A stretch of DNA of 64,000 nt from contig OZ286472.1 in the NCBI GenBank assembly GCA_965644265.1, forward strand, positions 45,074,001 to 45,138,000, read 5' to 3'. Positions 25,470-37,665 of the stretch are shown in pieces; position 1 is the first letter of the stretch, and each line of letters begins with the position of its first letter. Source of the stretch: Glycera tridactyla. Taxonomy: Eukaryota. Below the pieces are notes generated by a model, which did no database searches, was not told where the DNA came from, and saw only the letters and a program-made list of their open reading frames with translations. The position numbers and the translations under genes are program-made.

Positions 25470-28124
25470 GGGAATGAGATGCTCGACCTCAGATATGGAG
25501 GCCATCATAGCGTTTTATCCGTGGGAACATACATTCCACACAGCGGGCCGTCTGAATCAATTTCACTCATCTAGGGTGCTTTTCAGGTTACAACAACTAA
25601 AATTCATCCCCGTGGCGTCATCACAAGGATGCGGAAGGCAACAAGTTGGACATATATGGCGAGATCGTGGGCGAATAGAGAAACTGGCGGATTATCAAAC
25701 GGAGCGATCGTTCCATAGATTGACAAGTTGTTCGAGAACTATCTCGAAGTTCACAACTTTGGGTGTTGCATAGAGCTGAATCTAACCTGGGTAAAAATCT
25801 GCTAGGACTGGCTGCAATCGGATGCAGAAATCTATCATGAATTCAATCTATCACGGAATTAAATATGCCGACATGCCCTGGAATTTCAATATTTTCGAAG
25901 AACCATCTTGTTTTGTAAAACATCACAGATATACTAGTAGCTATCCTTGGCAACATCATATAGCGTCACGACGATGGCAATTTCGATGAGGTTGTAAATC
26001 TCATGAGGATGTGAATGAGGATAGTGCTAACTCTGACGATGACGTCTGTGCCATGCGAGAGGATAGAGGCATAGCTGTGCGAAGGAATTATCTGATTGAG
26101 TCAAACTGAGGATATTCGAATATGATCCCCTATTTGTGTGCTATATACCTCAGAGATTATGGTGTGTGTCGGCAGCGATGGTGGTGGTGGTTTCGGTGAC
26201 GGTGGTCATGGTGGTGCTGTTGGTGGTCGAAAAGATGGTGATGTTGATATTTTGATAGGTGTATTGAAACACCTCAGAGCTATTCAGGTAGGATCATGGG
26301 ATTATAGTGCGTAGTTTCGCTCTCAGCAGAAAGGTCATATATTCCTTCTTATCTGACGGGAAATACATATTACATCATCTGGCATGAAGCGGTCTACTCC
26401 TGTGAATAATATTTCGCTGATTTACTGTATCTACCTCAGCAGGCTTCACCTTTCTCTACACAGCTACAAATAAAAAGAGGGGGCCCTTAGACCGTATGTA
26501 ATAGACCTCATTCCTTTCGCGTCGACTCCAACGTCAGGCGAAAAATTACAACTGGTCCAGTAGAATTTGGATGAATTTGAGTAATTTCAGCTTTACCACG
26601 AACATCCATTTAATGATTCAATATAGCTGCTTCCTGTGAAGCAATAGATAAATACCACGAAATGCAACTTGTGGAAGCGGTCAGTCACAGTTAAGACAAT
26701 TTTCATGGCAAAGTCTGGCAAGCCTGTTGGCAGCCTAATGTCCACCCACTGAACAATACAGGTGAAAGCATTGCTCGTCACCATCCGCGCGTTGTCCCCT
26801 CGAAATGTACGGGTCTTTATTTTTGACGAAAGAAAGTAGCATAAATCTCCTCCATACACTAAAGAATCATCACGTTCTTCATCTTCGTTCAAATGCACCT
26901 ATCTCTCTTTCTATTGTCAGACATAGGCATATGCCTTCAGCATGAAACATCTAATGCCACCCTTGAAGAGACAACCCCATATGCATCACTCAACTTCCCC
27001 TTCTGTGTCACCCACGTCCTTACACTGTGTGGACTGACTACTTTTCTGATTGTGTGTCACTGTGTCGGCGTGTGCCACATGTAATATGAGACCCGAGTCG
27101 GCTCCATGCATAACGTTTGCGTGTTATATTCATATTAACATTTCATTACATATGCTAATTTCGGCTATCTGTGAAAAATAAATCATATTCAACTAGTATC
27201 CTGAAACATTATTTTTGATCACGCTCTTTGGGTGCAAGGTGAATATTATGGGAAATGATTCGATTTACACGAGGCGAGTCCTATCATACGTATAGGAAAT
27301 CGATGGATGGTCGAATGGTTAAAGATTCAGGGTAGAACAACTGGCAAGTCACCAGGCACTTACGTATGACGAACCTTATCGGGAATTAATGATCTGGGTT
27401 CTGTTTTCGACTGGGTCGATGACAAAATGGGTCCTTTCCCAAAAAAAAGATGAAGCAGTCGTACAACTCTAGTCTTATGTACCTTCGTAATAGTCTGTGT
27501 CATCCTATATTTTCGAAACCATGATATCTGAATGCGTCTCGATATATATTTTGTGTTTGGTGAGGGCTCAAATGTTGTGGTAGATCTGATGGAATGTGGG
27601 GGGGGGGGGGTCACGATGTTGCCAGATAAGCGCCACCGTACGTACTGTGTGGCATGAGTTACACTGGCATAAGAGTGATATCTGTGACTTTGAAGAACTT
27701 TGAAATATCATCATTATAATTGTCGTCGTCATCATTGATATCATCATCATTCAGTTTTCTCATTACCACTATTCAACGTTGTAGAATAAACAAAAAGCAG
27801 TTAGAATAACCATTCTCATTCAGATATGGATGTCTGGTGAAGATGTGACGTAGCAAATTTGATACACAGCAAACAAGCGGATGTTTGCAGGTCACTGTGC
27901 GGAAGTCAACTCGAAATCCGCATAACTGCATCGCTAACGAACGCATTCCTAGCATGACCAGTAGGTCTATAAATAAACCCCATGAACAGGTGAATGAATA
28001 AATAGCCCAGTTATTCAGATGCTAGTTTGACACGGTGCCGATTTCAGTGGCCCAAAACGAATGAGAATCAAACCCTCGTCGCCATGCTTGTCGATAGCAA
28101 ATTCATCGAAGCATGTCGACCATA

Positions 28125-28618
28125 TCAGTAACCTTATCTTCATTACGGAACGTTCCCCCTTCTACACTATCGCTAACAGTAGCAACAATGATATAAACAT
28201 CAACAATATCGACACTGCCTGTTGTTAGTAACCTTATCTTCATTACGGAACGCTCCCCCTTCTACACTATCGCTAACAGTAGCAACAATGATATAAACAT
28301 CAACAATATCGACACTGCCTGTTTTTAGTAACCTCATCTTTATTACGGAACGCTCCCCTTCTACACTATCACTAACAGCAGCAACAATAATATAAACATC
28401 AACAATATCGACACTGCCTGTTATCAGTAACCTCATCTTTATCACGGAACACTCCCCCTTCTACACTATCCCTCACAGCAGCAACAATGATATAAACATC
28501 AACAAAATCGACACTGCCTGTTATCAGTAACCTCATATTTATTACGGAACGCTCCCCTTCTACACTATCACTAACAGTAGCAACAATAATATAAACATCA
28601 ACATATCGACACTGCCTT
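28125..28618. repeat. Tandem array of five ~100-bp units
   Basis: AGTAACC unit starts at 28127, 28227, 28327, 28426, 28526; unit AGTAACCT(T/C)ATCTT(C/T)ATTACGGAACGCTCCCCCTTCTACACTATC...TCGACACTGCCTGTT. Confidence 0.95.
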
Positions 28619-29569
28619 TTATTATTTCCTTTTTTGTGCCTTCTTCTTTTTTTTCTTTGCTCTCTTCTTCATTCTTTTTTCTGTCCTCGGCAGTTTTCCC
28701 GTTTTTTTTAGGTATCGTCATCAGCAATGATGATAATGACAACGACAGTAATGGCATGCTAATGATAGTAGAATAGTAATAATGATGGTGATACTGATAA
28801 TATGGAAATACTATCTATGATAACAATATAATGATGGTATTGACGAAGCAAGAATGACAATAATGATGCTAATCATGAAGATGATAATGAGGACCATAAT
28901 CTTCCTGCTATTCAGTGATCAAAGACAACCAAGTCACATTCATGATATAGGATGGGACTCTGGCCTTTGTCAACCATTCCTGCTGCGCAATATTCGACAC
29001 CATGAGAAGACATTTTTAAGCCCTGGCATATAATTGACTGCATACCAATCTGTAAATAATTTTAGATGGTGTTTTCACATCAAACACTGGTTCATACGCC
29101 GGCGATTGGTTACTGGGGCATTCATCTGGTGATCCCACCCGTTGATATGTCATGTGCGCAAATATGACTTTCCCACATTCATTCTCCGATTAGAGCCAGG
29201 AAAAAAACTCGAATCGTGAACTGATAAATGGGAACAGAATCTCATCCATTGTGGGTTCTGTTCCATCCTCAGCCTGCATTTGAAAACGCGAGTTTTCGAA
29301 TTCACAGCATGCTTAACCATGCAATGTCCCAGAATGATTATGGGAATGTGCGACCTCCGGGTCAGTGCAGAGGGAGAGCATTACCTCGGGTATTATTTGT
29401 TCTGAAGCAGACAATTTCCTGTATTCGGACGTGGTGCATCAGCGGATTTTTTGCTCATTTACTGCTCTTATTTGTCCCCAATTTTTATTCCATCCCTTCC
29501 TCTAATGATACAGATAAACATTTCTACCAGAATAGCATTGAGCGGATGAGAGATGTGTGCTGAACCCGA

Positions 29570-29645
29570 TGACATGAATGAATGAATATATGGATGAATG
29601 GATGAATGAATGAATGAATGAATGGAAATATCGATCAATGAATGA
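29570..29645. repeat. (GAAT)n microsatellite
   Basis: Direct reading. Confidence 0.9.
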
Positions 29646-29869
29646 GGTTTCGAGCTCACATGCGATGGATATTGATTGATGGTCGATACTGAGATGATTG
29701 TATGTTATTATATCAGGTCTATCAATTCTTTCATCTCTATATGAGACAATCTGATACTGTTGCAAGCGGATGGCAGGATGTCACTACGGTCATTATTTAT
29801 CGATAACATGTAAAATGGAATGATATAGAGTATGGTTTGCATGCGAACACATGCTCTTGTGTAACTGGT

Positions 29870-30075
29870 TGGTGTTCGTAGTGGTGGTGGTTGTGAATGT
29901 GGTTGTGCTGATGGCAGCGGAAATAATGGTGGTGGTGGTGGTGGTGGTCGTGGTGGTGGTCGTGGTGGTGGTTGTGCTGGTGGCAGTGGAGGTAGATGTG
30001 TCGATGGGTTAGTGGTGATGATGGTGGTAGATATCGTGGTGTGGAGGCGGTGGTTATGGTGGTGGTGGTTGTCAT
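29870..30075. repeat. (GGT)n-rich microsatellite
   Basis: Direct reading; source of the poly-His/Pro/Thr ORFs. Confidence 0.9.
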
Positions 30076-30515
30076 CGTTACTGTGTGATGACGTCATGCG
30101 TTAGGTGGCTATCCAGATATGAAGATGTGCCAGTATTCGGTCATTGGTAAATGATCGATAATTTGATTCAAGAATTGATTTGTCATCTGTTGGAATGTGT
30201 GAGACCAAATGAGGGAGCTAACTCCCCAAAATATTTTCTTCATGATATTTCAACTGACAATGATAGCGCTATTGGTCAGTGTACATATTGCTAATCCATT
30301 TTTGTAGGAAGAGAAGCATCGGTCAGAGAGAGATACTTCCTGTCAGGGAACTTCTCTCACCCGTTGCGGGAAACCATGCTGCAATAACATACATGGCAGG
30401 CCTTGGTGACAGGTCAGTGGCACTCATAGAACTGGATATATACAGTATACTACCTCTTCTAACTCTATGGTGGCACTAGATAGCAAATGAGGGAAGAATG
30501 AAACAACATACTCAC

Positions 30516-30956
30516 CGGATCTTCGATTAATTCCACAACTTCAATCTTGGAGATGTATTTCATATCCTTAGGGTGGGGTTGCATGCCAGGTTTAGTCATA
30601 GGCCTTATAATGGCCTTGTCCAATCCACCATATTTGAAAGGATTGGGTAAAATTACTTCCATGGGTCGCGCAAAGATACTCTCCCTTATGTTTCTCTCTG
30701 GGAGCCTTTCGCATTCCATTGGAGGCGTCAATGGCCCATTGATTGGGGAGCCAAAACCGGGAGATGACACTGGACTAGGGCTCGATACCGGTGACCCTTC
30801 GGGACTATCCATATACTCATTGAATGAACTGTCAGATGCCCCAGGTGATAAATCCATGGGATCTCTTGGCCCGTTCATGCTCAAGAACAATGGGCTGAGT
30901 GGCAGTGAGTGTGGGCTTTTCAGCCCATGGAGAGGTGACATTTGTGGGGACTGCAT
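30516..30956 (-). CDS. Coding exon (147 codons) of an unidentified Ser/Pro-rich protein, probably a transcriptional regulator, with a PMDLS CtBP-type motif
   Basis: Non-repetitive ORF MQSPQMSP...KIEVVELIEDP ending exactly at ccg|GTGAGT (phase 0 donor, 30510-30515); in-frame TGA three codons upstream of the ATG, with A at -3; many SP/TP sites including PLSP and PLTP; 5' boundary could instead be the atgcAG acceptor at 30951-30952. Confidence 0.75.
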
Positions 30957-31734
30957 ATTTGTTGTTCAAATACCGGTACTCCAATTTCAAGGTGCAGGTA
31001 TTGTAAAGTCTCTTAAGTGATCCAATTTACAGATGTAATTGGCCAATTATTGCAGTAATAAAGGATTTCCGAAGAATGAGGCATCTTTCATAGTATGTTT
31101 TTCTTGCGTACAATATTTCATTATCCATAAGCTCCTTTCGGCACCAAGTTACCGAGTGCTCCCATCGAATGCTGCATATCCATGCACCTGTCACTTTTCG
31201 GTGACACTACCTAACGATAAAACGAAGATCACCCTTTGGATGTAGCTCGCAAGATATGTAACTTATCCTGTGATGTATGTTGTGGAAGAAGTCCATGGGA
31301 GGCCAGGGACTGTCACTGCTGCCTCTTCTAAGATGTCAGTTTGATGAGGCGCCGAGGGAGAACACGTGGGTGACAGTTGGAGCCCCTTTCACAACTCATC
31401 CTCGGATCAACATGTGAACAGACACCCTCTCACCCACTCACTCGCAGCGGCTCTACACACTCACTTTGCCCCGGAGCCGACCGACATAAAATCTCAACCA
31501 ACAACTACGTATGTTCATCCACACACTGGACGTGATCCAGATTGACTACCACCTTATGAGTACAATCGTTAGTATATCATTCAGTTGGCTGACTACAGGA
31601 TGTGCATCCGCTTCAAAAATGTATAGTTCTATCTCGTACGATTTCATCTCTCGCAAACGACCTGACTGTTTAGCCTGGTGATGGAACAGTGACAAAACAA
31701 CCTGATGAGGACGGTTTTCTTAATACAAAGACAT

Positions 31735-31790
31735 AGAGACAGATAGACAGACAGGCAGACAGACAGACGAACAGACAGACAGACAGGCAT
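31735..31790. repeat. (GACA)n microsatellite, possibly a relic of a GTCY-type element
   Basis: Direct reading. Confidence 0.8.
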
Positions 31791-34700
31791 GATTTTGCAA
31801 GAATATCCAACAGCATTTTGTCTCGATATATATAGTGAATTATCATCTGTTGGTAAACATCTGCCGTAATCGGTGGTCGGGTTCACTGACTGTGAAATTA
31901 CAACGCAGGTGAACAGATTACTGTTCAAGGCGTTGCCATTCAAACGGACGTAGGCGTGTGTTGCCATGCCTAGGCAAGCATGACCATGAATACATTTGTG
32001 TGTTCGGGATTTGAAGAAAACACGCCGAACTTCATCCAACCATCAAACATGGACAAGTTTCCTAAACTGGTCCGTGATATCAAAGGAATACCCGACTGCA
32101 ATTAACTTGGTTTTGAAACATTGAGCTGACGAAGGAGCATGATTAGTGATATCTCGAGGTTCACCAGATACCACGGGATGTATGTCTCCCTCCATCATAT
32201 GAGAGATTCTATGTCGAAGTTGTTGTTTTCATACCATTTCCAATTCTCTTTGATGTAGCCAATCCGGCTTTCTGCCTTGTGAACAACCCTCGACTGATGC
32301 CCACGCATACTACAGTTGCTAACAGGGCAGGAATCATGGAATATAATTCGAGTCGAATTTTCTTGATCTATTCTTCTCACTACATTCCGATTTGCCCACT
32401 CTTATCACATTCAAATTCACAAGAGTTGAGGAGTTCCAATAAACAGGATCTCTGATAAAGGTAGCCACTGCAATCATGTTGCTGTGATTTTGACAAACGA
32501 TGACAAGCAGCTTGGGGTATATACTACGCCTCTCTTCTGATATTTCGAAGAATCATAGCACGTGATGGCATGAGCTACTATTCTTAGCATCTGAAGAGTA
32601 GAACGCGCGTATATATCAAGAATAGTTGAGCTTTGCATTGGATTACCCAAGTTGGACGTTAATACCACCGAGGTCAACAACTGCTTTGTCTGAAGAAGCA
32701 ACTGACAATCCATGTTGCTAATGTATACAGCCGTATACAGCCAAATAAATGAATGTTAAAGGTGCCAATAGTCAGCCGCAATTGTCTAGTGATTTGTGAA
32801 CGGCCAGAAATAAGACCCACAACTTTCATCGTTACGATATATCAAATGTGCTGGTTCAGTATCTAGACATTGAGATTCATCCCGGGTATGTGGGGCATGA
32901 TATGAGTGGCGAAATAAGAGAAATGGGGTGCAACTGGCAGGCTTCCACAAGATTATGATAAGAAGATGATGGATGCTTGTTATGCAACAGAGCCAACTCC
33001 AACCAAGTGGCCATTAAATGAAGCCTGAAATATCAAGGATAAACATACGAGATATTATATGTCTCTACACTTCGAATCATAGAGGGTCCTGAATACGCAT
33101 ACAGGCCAGTTTGAATGTTAGATCGTCAGAAGCAACTGACCTATGATATATTGTATATCTTTGTTTCGGTATTTATGAGTCTGAATTGTAAAGTCAGTGA
33201 ATCACAACTCTGCCATGTTATCCACATCTTTATGCAACTCCTTCTTCGTACTAATTCAATTTCCTTTCTCAGTAGATTATATCAGAAACGAATGATCAGT
33301 ATTCATAACATATGGATGGAAAATGAATTGGCAACATTTCGGTCATTCTTGCTGCCTTTGACCTTTGAACGGGAGGCAGGTTTGGTCTGGACGTGCTTTT
33401 TTTTAGGATGAGGACACTGGTGTCACCGCTTGTATCGGAATTAGTGGCACTAGCCAGTAACAGGTGGGAAATACCAAAAATACCTTGATTGCCAAAACAT
33501 CGGATCATTCGCCCGGCAGGTAAATGCATATGGGCACCAATTTCTATGCCAATTTTCACGTCAATTACCGGCCTCCTGGGTAAATGCCAGCTCGGCTTGT
33601 TGTAGATATCCGATGCACTCATACAATGCAAATAGATTTGGGTTAGTAGTTTTTGCCGCTGGACTCCCACTTATGAGTCGTAAAGCATATTTCACACCCA
33701 GAACCTTTTTTGGACATGTTATATTGGATATTGCGAGTGGTAAGGACCCACTATTGTTCCTTTGAATATGGTGTCTACTGCTCCAAAGAACTACTAGAGA
33801 GGGTATGACAGCTAATTGTAAACTTCATTGTAAAAAAAGTTTACTATGTGGGTGGATGACTCCATAATACGACGGATAGCTCGAGCAAAGGTGGCTGTCT
33901 AGGTTTTGCCTGAGAATGAAACCTATTAATTCTCCGTTGCATGACATGATTTGTTCACATGCACAGGGTATGCGAAAAAGCATGCCACTTTTCGCATTGC
34001 CCTTTCTACCAATCAATATCCAGATGTCGTGTTTGGCTTTTTGCTATGAAAAATCGCAATCCATGATATGATTTCTATCTGAGCCAGGGGAATCCAAGCC
34101 ACCAGCACTTTACCAGAACGCATCATTCACGAATTCTGGGGTATTACGATAACATGATCATGTAATTCTGTATTTTTTTTTGTGGCTTACACCGCACAAA
34201 TGCCTTCAAAATCATTTCTATGAAAACCCACTTCTGAAACTGTGATTGCGGCCAGCTGAAGCAATGACTGATGTACAGTATTCAAACCAGGCAGATAAAC
34301 ATCTGCTAAGTACCGACAATCATGAGCATGAAAAATGATCACTTAACCGCAGTGTGCCGAGAGCAAATTGTTCATTATACAAGTCTTTTTCCGAGAAAGA
34401 GATTATTGATGAATGGCTTATACGTAATACATTCCCGGAAAAACCCTCTTATCACATGAAATATTTATCTGTTTTCAAATTCAATCCAAATCAAACAAGA
34501 AAAATAGGGATCTACAATAATGACATGTCCACATACATTTGAACCTGAATATTTAATGGGCAGGCATGTTCACTATCAGGAGCCTGTCAGCCGCAGGTCT
34601 ACAACTATGGGGAATTCAGACATTGTCCACATAATTGTGTGTTGAAAGTTGTTCCTGACGCGAGATGTGGAAAACATACCCCAGAGATAACAAGTTCTGT

Positions 34701-37479
34701 GTTGCATAATGTGGATTGTTATTTTTGGTAAGCGGCCCATAAAACACTAGAATCGGCCTTCATCATGTAATTTGGGAAGAGGCCTCCAACGACGTCGAAG
34801 AGGAAGTATGTCTGGCGCTTGCGATATAATGTACCGACCCGTGCCCCATGGCACAGTGTCAGAAACACCAGACATAAAACTAATTACAGCATAATCAATG
34901 GGAGGACTCAAACATAAAACATCATCCTGCACTAGATGATGGAACTCACTCTCCTCTAGTGAGCCGATTCCGAGCCAGCTCGAGGGATGTCTATTTATAG
35001 ATACATTCAATTTCAAATATGAACAGTAAATCTTTTGAAAGCCAACACAGCCGACGTTTATCTGCGGGATGCTGAGCCAGATGAGTGAGGAGCAAACAAC
35101 CGATAAGTCAGATGTAAACATCATTCAAAAACGTTTATCCCTTCGAGCTTGCCTTCTGTCCAGACCTCTCCTGCACACGACGTGCTGACGAAGCACTATT
35201 GAGAAGCTAGTGAAAACAGCAAGTTGTTGCTTGCACAGGGGTCCAAATTTGACATGGTTCTCATATATCTAATGATATCACTTCATATCAATATGTATGT
35301 TATGCGTACCGATAGAAACTTGATACTATCTCCACTGTAAGCATCACTCCCTTACATTCTACCCACTGGGTGAGCAGAGGTGGCCAGTAAAGACACACAT
35401 CTCCCTACATCACATAAAATCGCTGAACTACGTGGAATATTTGATGATGAACCTACTTTGGGAACCCAAACTCAAGCCACTAATGGCAATTGTCGTATGC
35501 TCTGGGGATGTTCATGGCGTGCACTCAACAATATCTCACTTGCACGTACGATCATTTTGCCAAGTTTGTGGAGTACTTTGGCGTACGTGGCCACATATAA
35601 TTACCGAATGAGTCACTCATTAATGTTCTACACAGGATGGCTGAGCAGATCTATCCGACATTCATGATCTTTCATAATATTTTAAAGGGAGATGTAACAA
35701 AAGACAAACATTCCTGGAAACTTCGGAAATATTATACCTGTATACTGCTCGAGGACTATTCGGGGTACTCAGCCACGTAGATCTGCCAAAAATCCACCAT
35801 GTCCACAGAATCCTACAGAATATGACTCTGTGAATCTATCTGAAATTCATTAGGCTCCATAAGACTTCAATATTCAGTTTGAGGGGATGTATCAGAAAAC
35901 ACACATTCTCAATGACAGTGGGATGATATTTGAATGATCATTTTGCATCAAGTACCGATCGTCACAAAGCTTCCTATTCAATATCGGTTGCTTTTCAGTA
36001 TGTATTCTATGAACGGCCAGCTTATGTGAGTATGCATGGAAATGAAGTGATGTGGTAATTAGAGAGATGTCACGCTATCTTGCGCAGTATTCTGAAACTT
36101 GTCATTAGACAGCCCAACCCATAATTACTGCCCTCCATATGCATCGTCACTGGCTTAGACGTTTTCCTGCTGCTTGCATATAATGAATTATACCTTGATC
36201 ATGGATAAAGCATTGGTGCCAAGGCATTGGTGGCACTTGGGCTGAGGGGAGATGTCCCCTCCAGGCCCTGATGGCAAGAGGGTTTTTCATCTGAAATGTT
36301 ATTGTGCGTATACTTGTCGCTCGTGAGAAATAACGGTTTCCATGACAGTTGGGCAGTCCTAGTTATGAGATGTCCAGCAAAATGCTTATGGGATGATCCA
36401 CAGCATATCCAGTCGCAAGGTTTTCAGCTGGTCCCATCCACATTGTCTATGATATATGAACCACCTCGCTGGCTGTAGGTTGAGGGCTGCTTCCCTCGCA
36501 TAATACATATACTTTCGGTCTGTATTGTCTTGTTTATGTGGTGTATTTGTTGATTGGCATCGCCTGGAAAAGAACTCTTTCCCTATAAATATTTATGGCG
36601 TCCTCTATCTAGTACCATTTCTACTACATCTGTGAGTGGGCTTGAGCTTACCCAAGGATAATGCTTGTTTTGGGATTGCAGGAATTTACATCAGTGTGAT
36701 ATCTAATGCAGCCATGATCGTCTTATCATTTTATGATAGTGACTGAATCAATCAACTAGCTCGGGCAATTCCCATATGGCTGTATATCGTGAAACAAACT
36801 TATGTCATACTCAAGATATATCAGCATATCAATTACCCATTAGGATAAGTCAGTACTAGTCCGGTCAGAAAAAAAAGGTAGAGATAGGCCTGCGTTATCA
36901 AACAAAAACACAGGTTGTCGTTACCCTTCAACTTCGAATTCTTAGTGGTATATGGAGGACTCATCTGTTTCAAATTAATGCCGAGGTGGATAGACGATGG
37001 ACCTCAATCAATTTGACTGTTGGGTGGATGAGAGCATGAGTTGTGGAAAGATAAATCGGAAAACTGGTGTTACAGGTGATCATGATATCATTTAGGTGCC
37101 TGTCGAGAAAGATGTGATTACGTTGGCAAACACAGGCAGAGGGAGAAACGATTATACCTATAGAACATGATCGGGACATTGATCTATTCCCCCAAGATAA
37201 AGCATGAGTTGACTAGTCAGCTGTTACGTATAAGACGCATACATTCTGTACTTATCAAGATCTCTGTCGGGTAAACTTGAGAAACTCCCGTGACCTAATA
37301 TAGCCCTCTCTGTAATCATTGCCAGGCAGCCAGTGGCTTTTTATGGACCACTGACACAGACCACAACATACCGAGCGTCTAAATTTGTCTGTATGTACGG
37401 ACCGGGGGTGGTGGTGGTTGTGAGTCTGTGGGATCTTGAGTAGATGACAATTGAAAGATGGTGGGGAGGAACTGCCTTA

Positions 37480-37665
37480 TCCAGCCAGCTAGCCAGCCAG
37501 CCAGCCAGTCAGATAGACAGACAGACAAACAGACAGACAAGCAGATAGACACACAGACAGGCACATACACGCACAAAGGCGTCCACATACAACTGCATTC
37601 ATTACAGACACACACTTTTACACACACACACGCGCGCGCGCGCACGCACAAACACACACATCAAC
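37480..37665. repeat. Compound (GCCA)n-(GACA)n-(CA)n-(CG)n microsatellite
   Basis: Direct reading. Confidence 0.95.

Noticed and set aside
27364-27530. Strong minus-strand donor ac|GTAAGTG as next exon of the 30.5-kb gene
   Set aside because: No pyrimidine-rich acceptor giving a convincing phase-0 exon; the open frame has no recognisable content.
30547-31020. 157-aa plus-strand ORF
   Set aside because: Antisense shadow of the minus-strand exon; the minus frame has the splice donor and the motifs.
33407-33519. Plus-strand segment with strong acceptor and donor
   Set aside because: All three frames contain stops; at most a non-coding or pseudo-exon.
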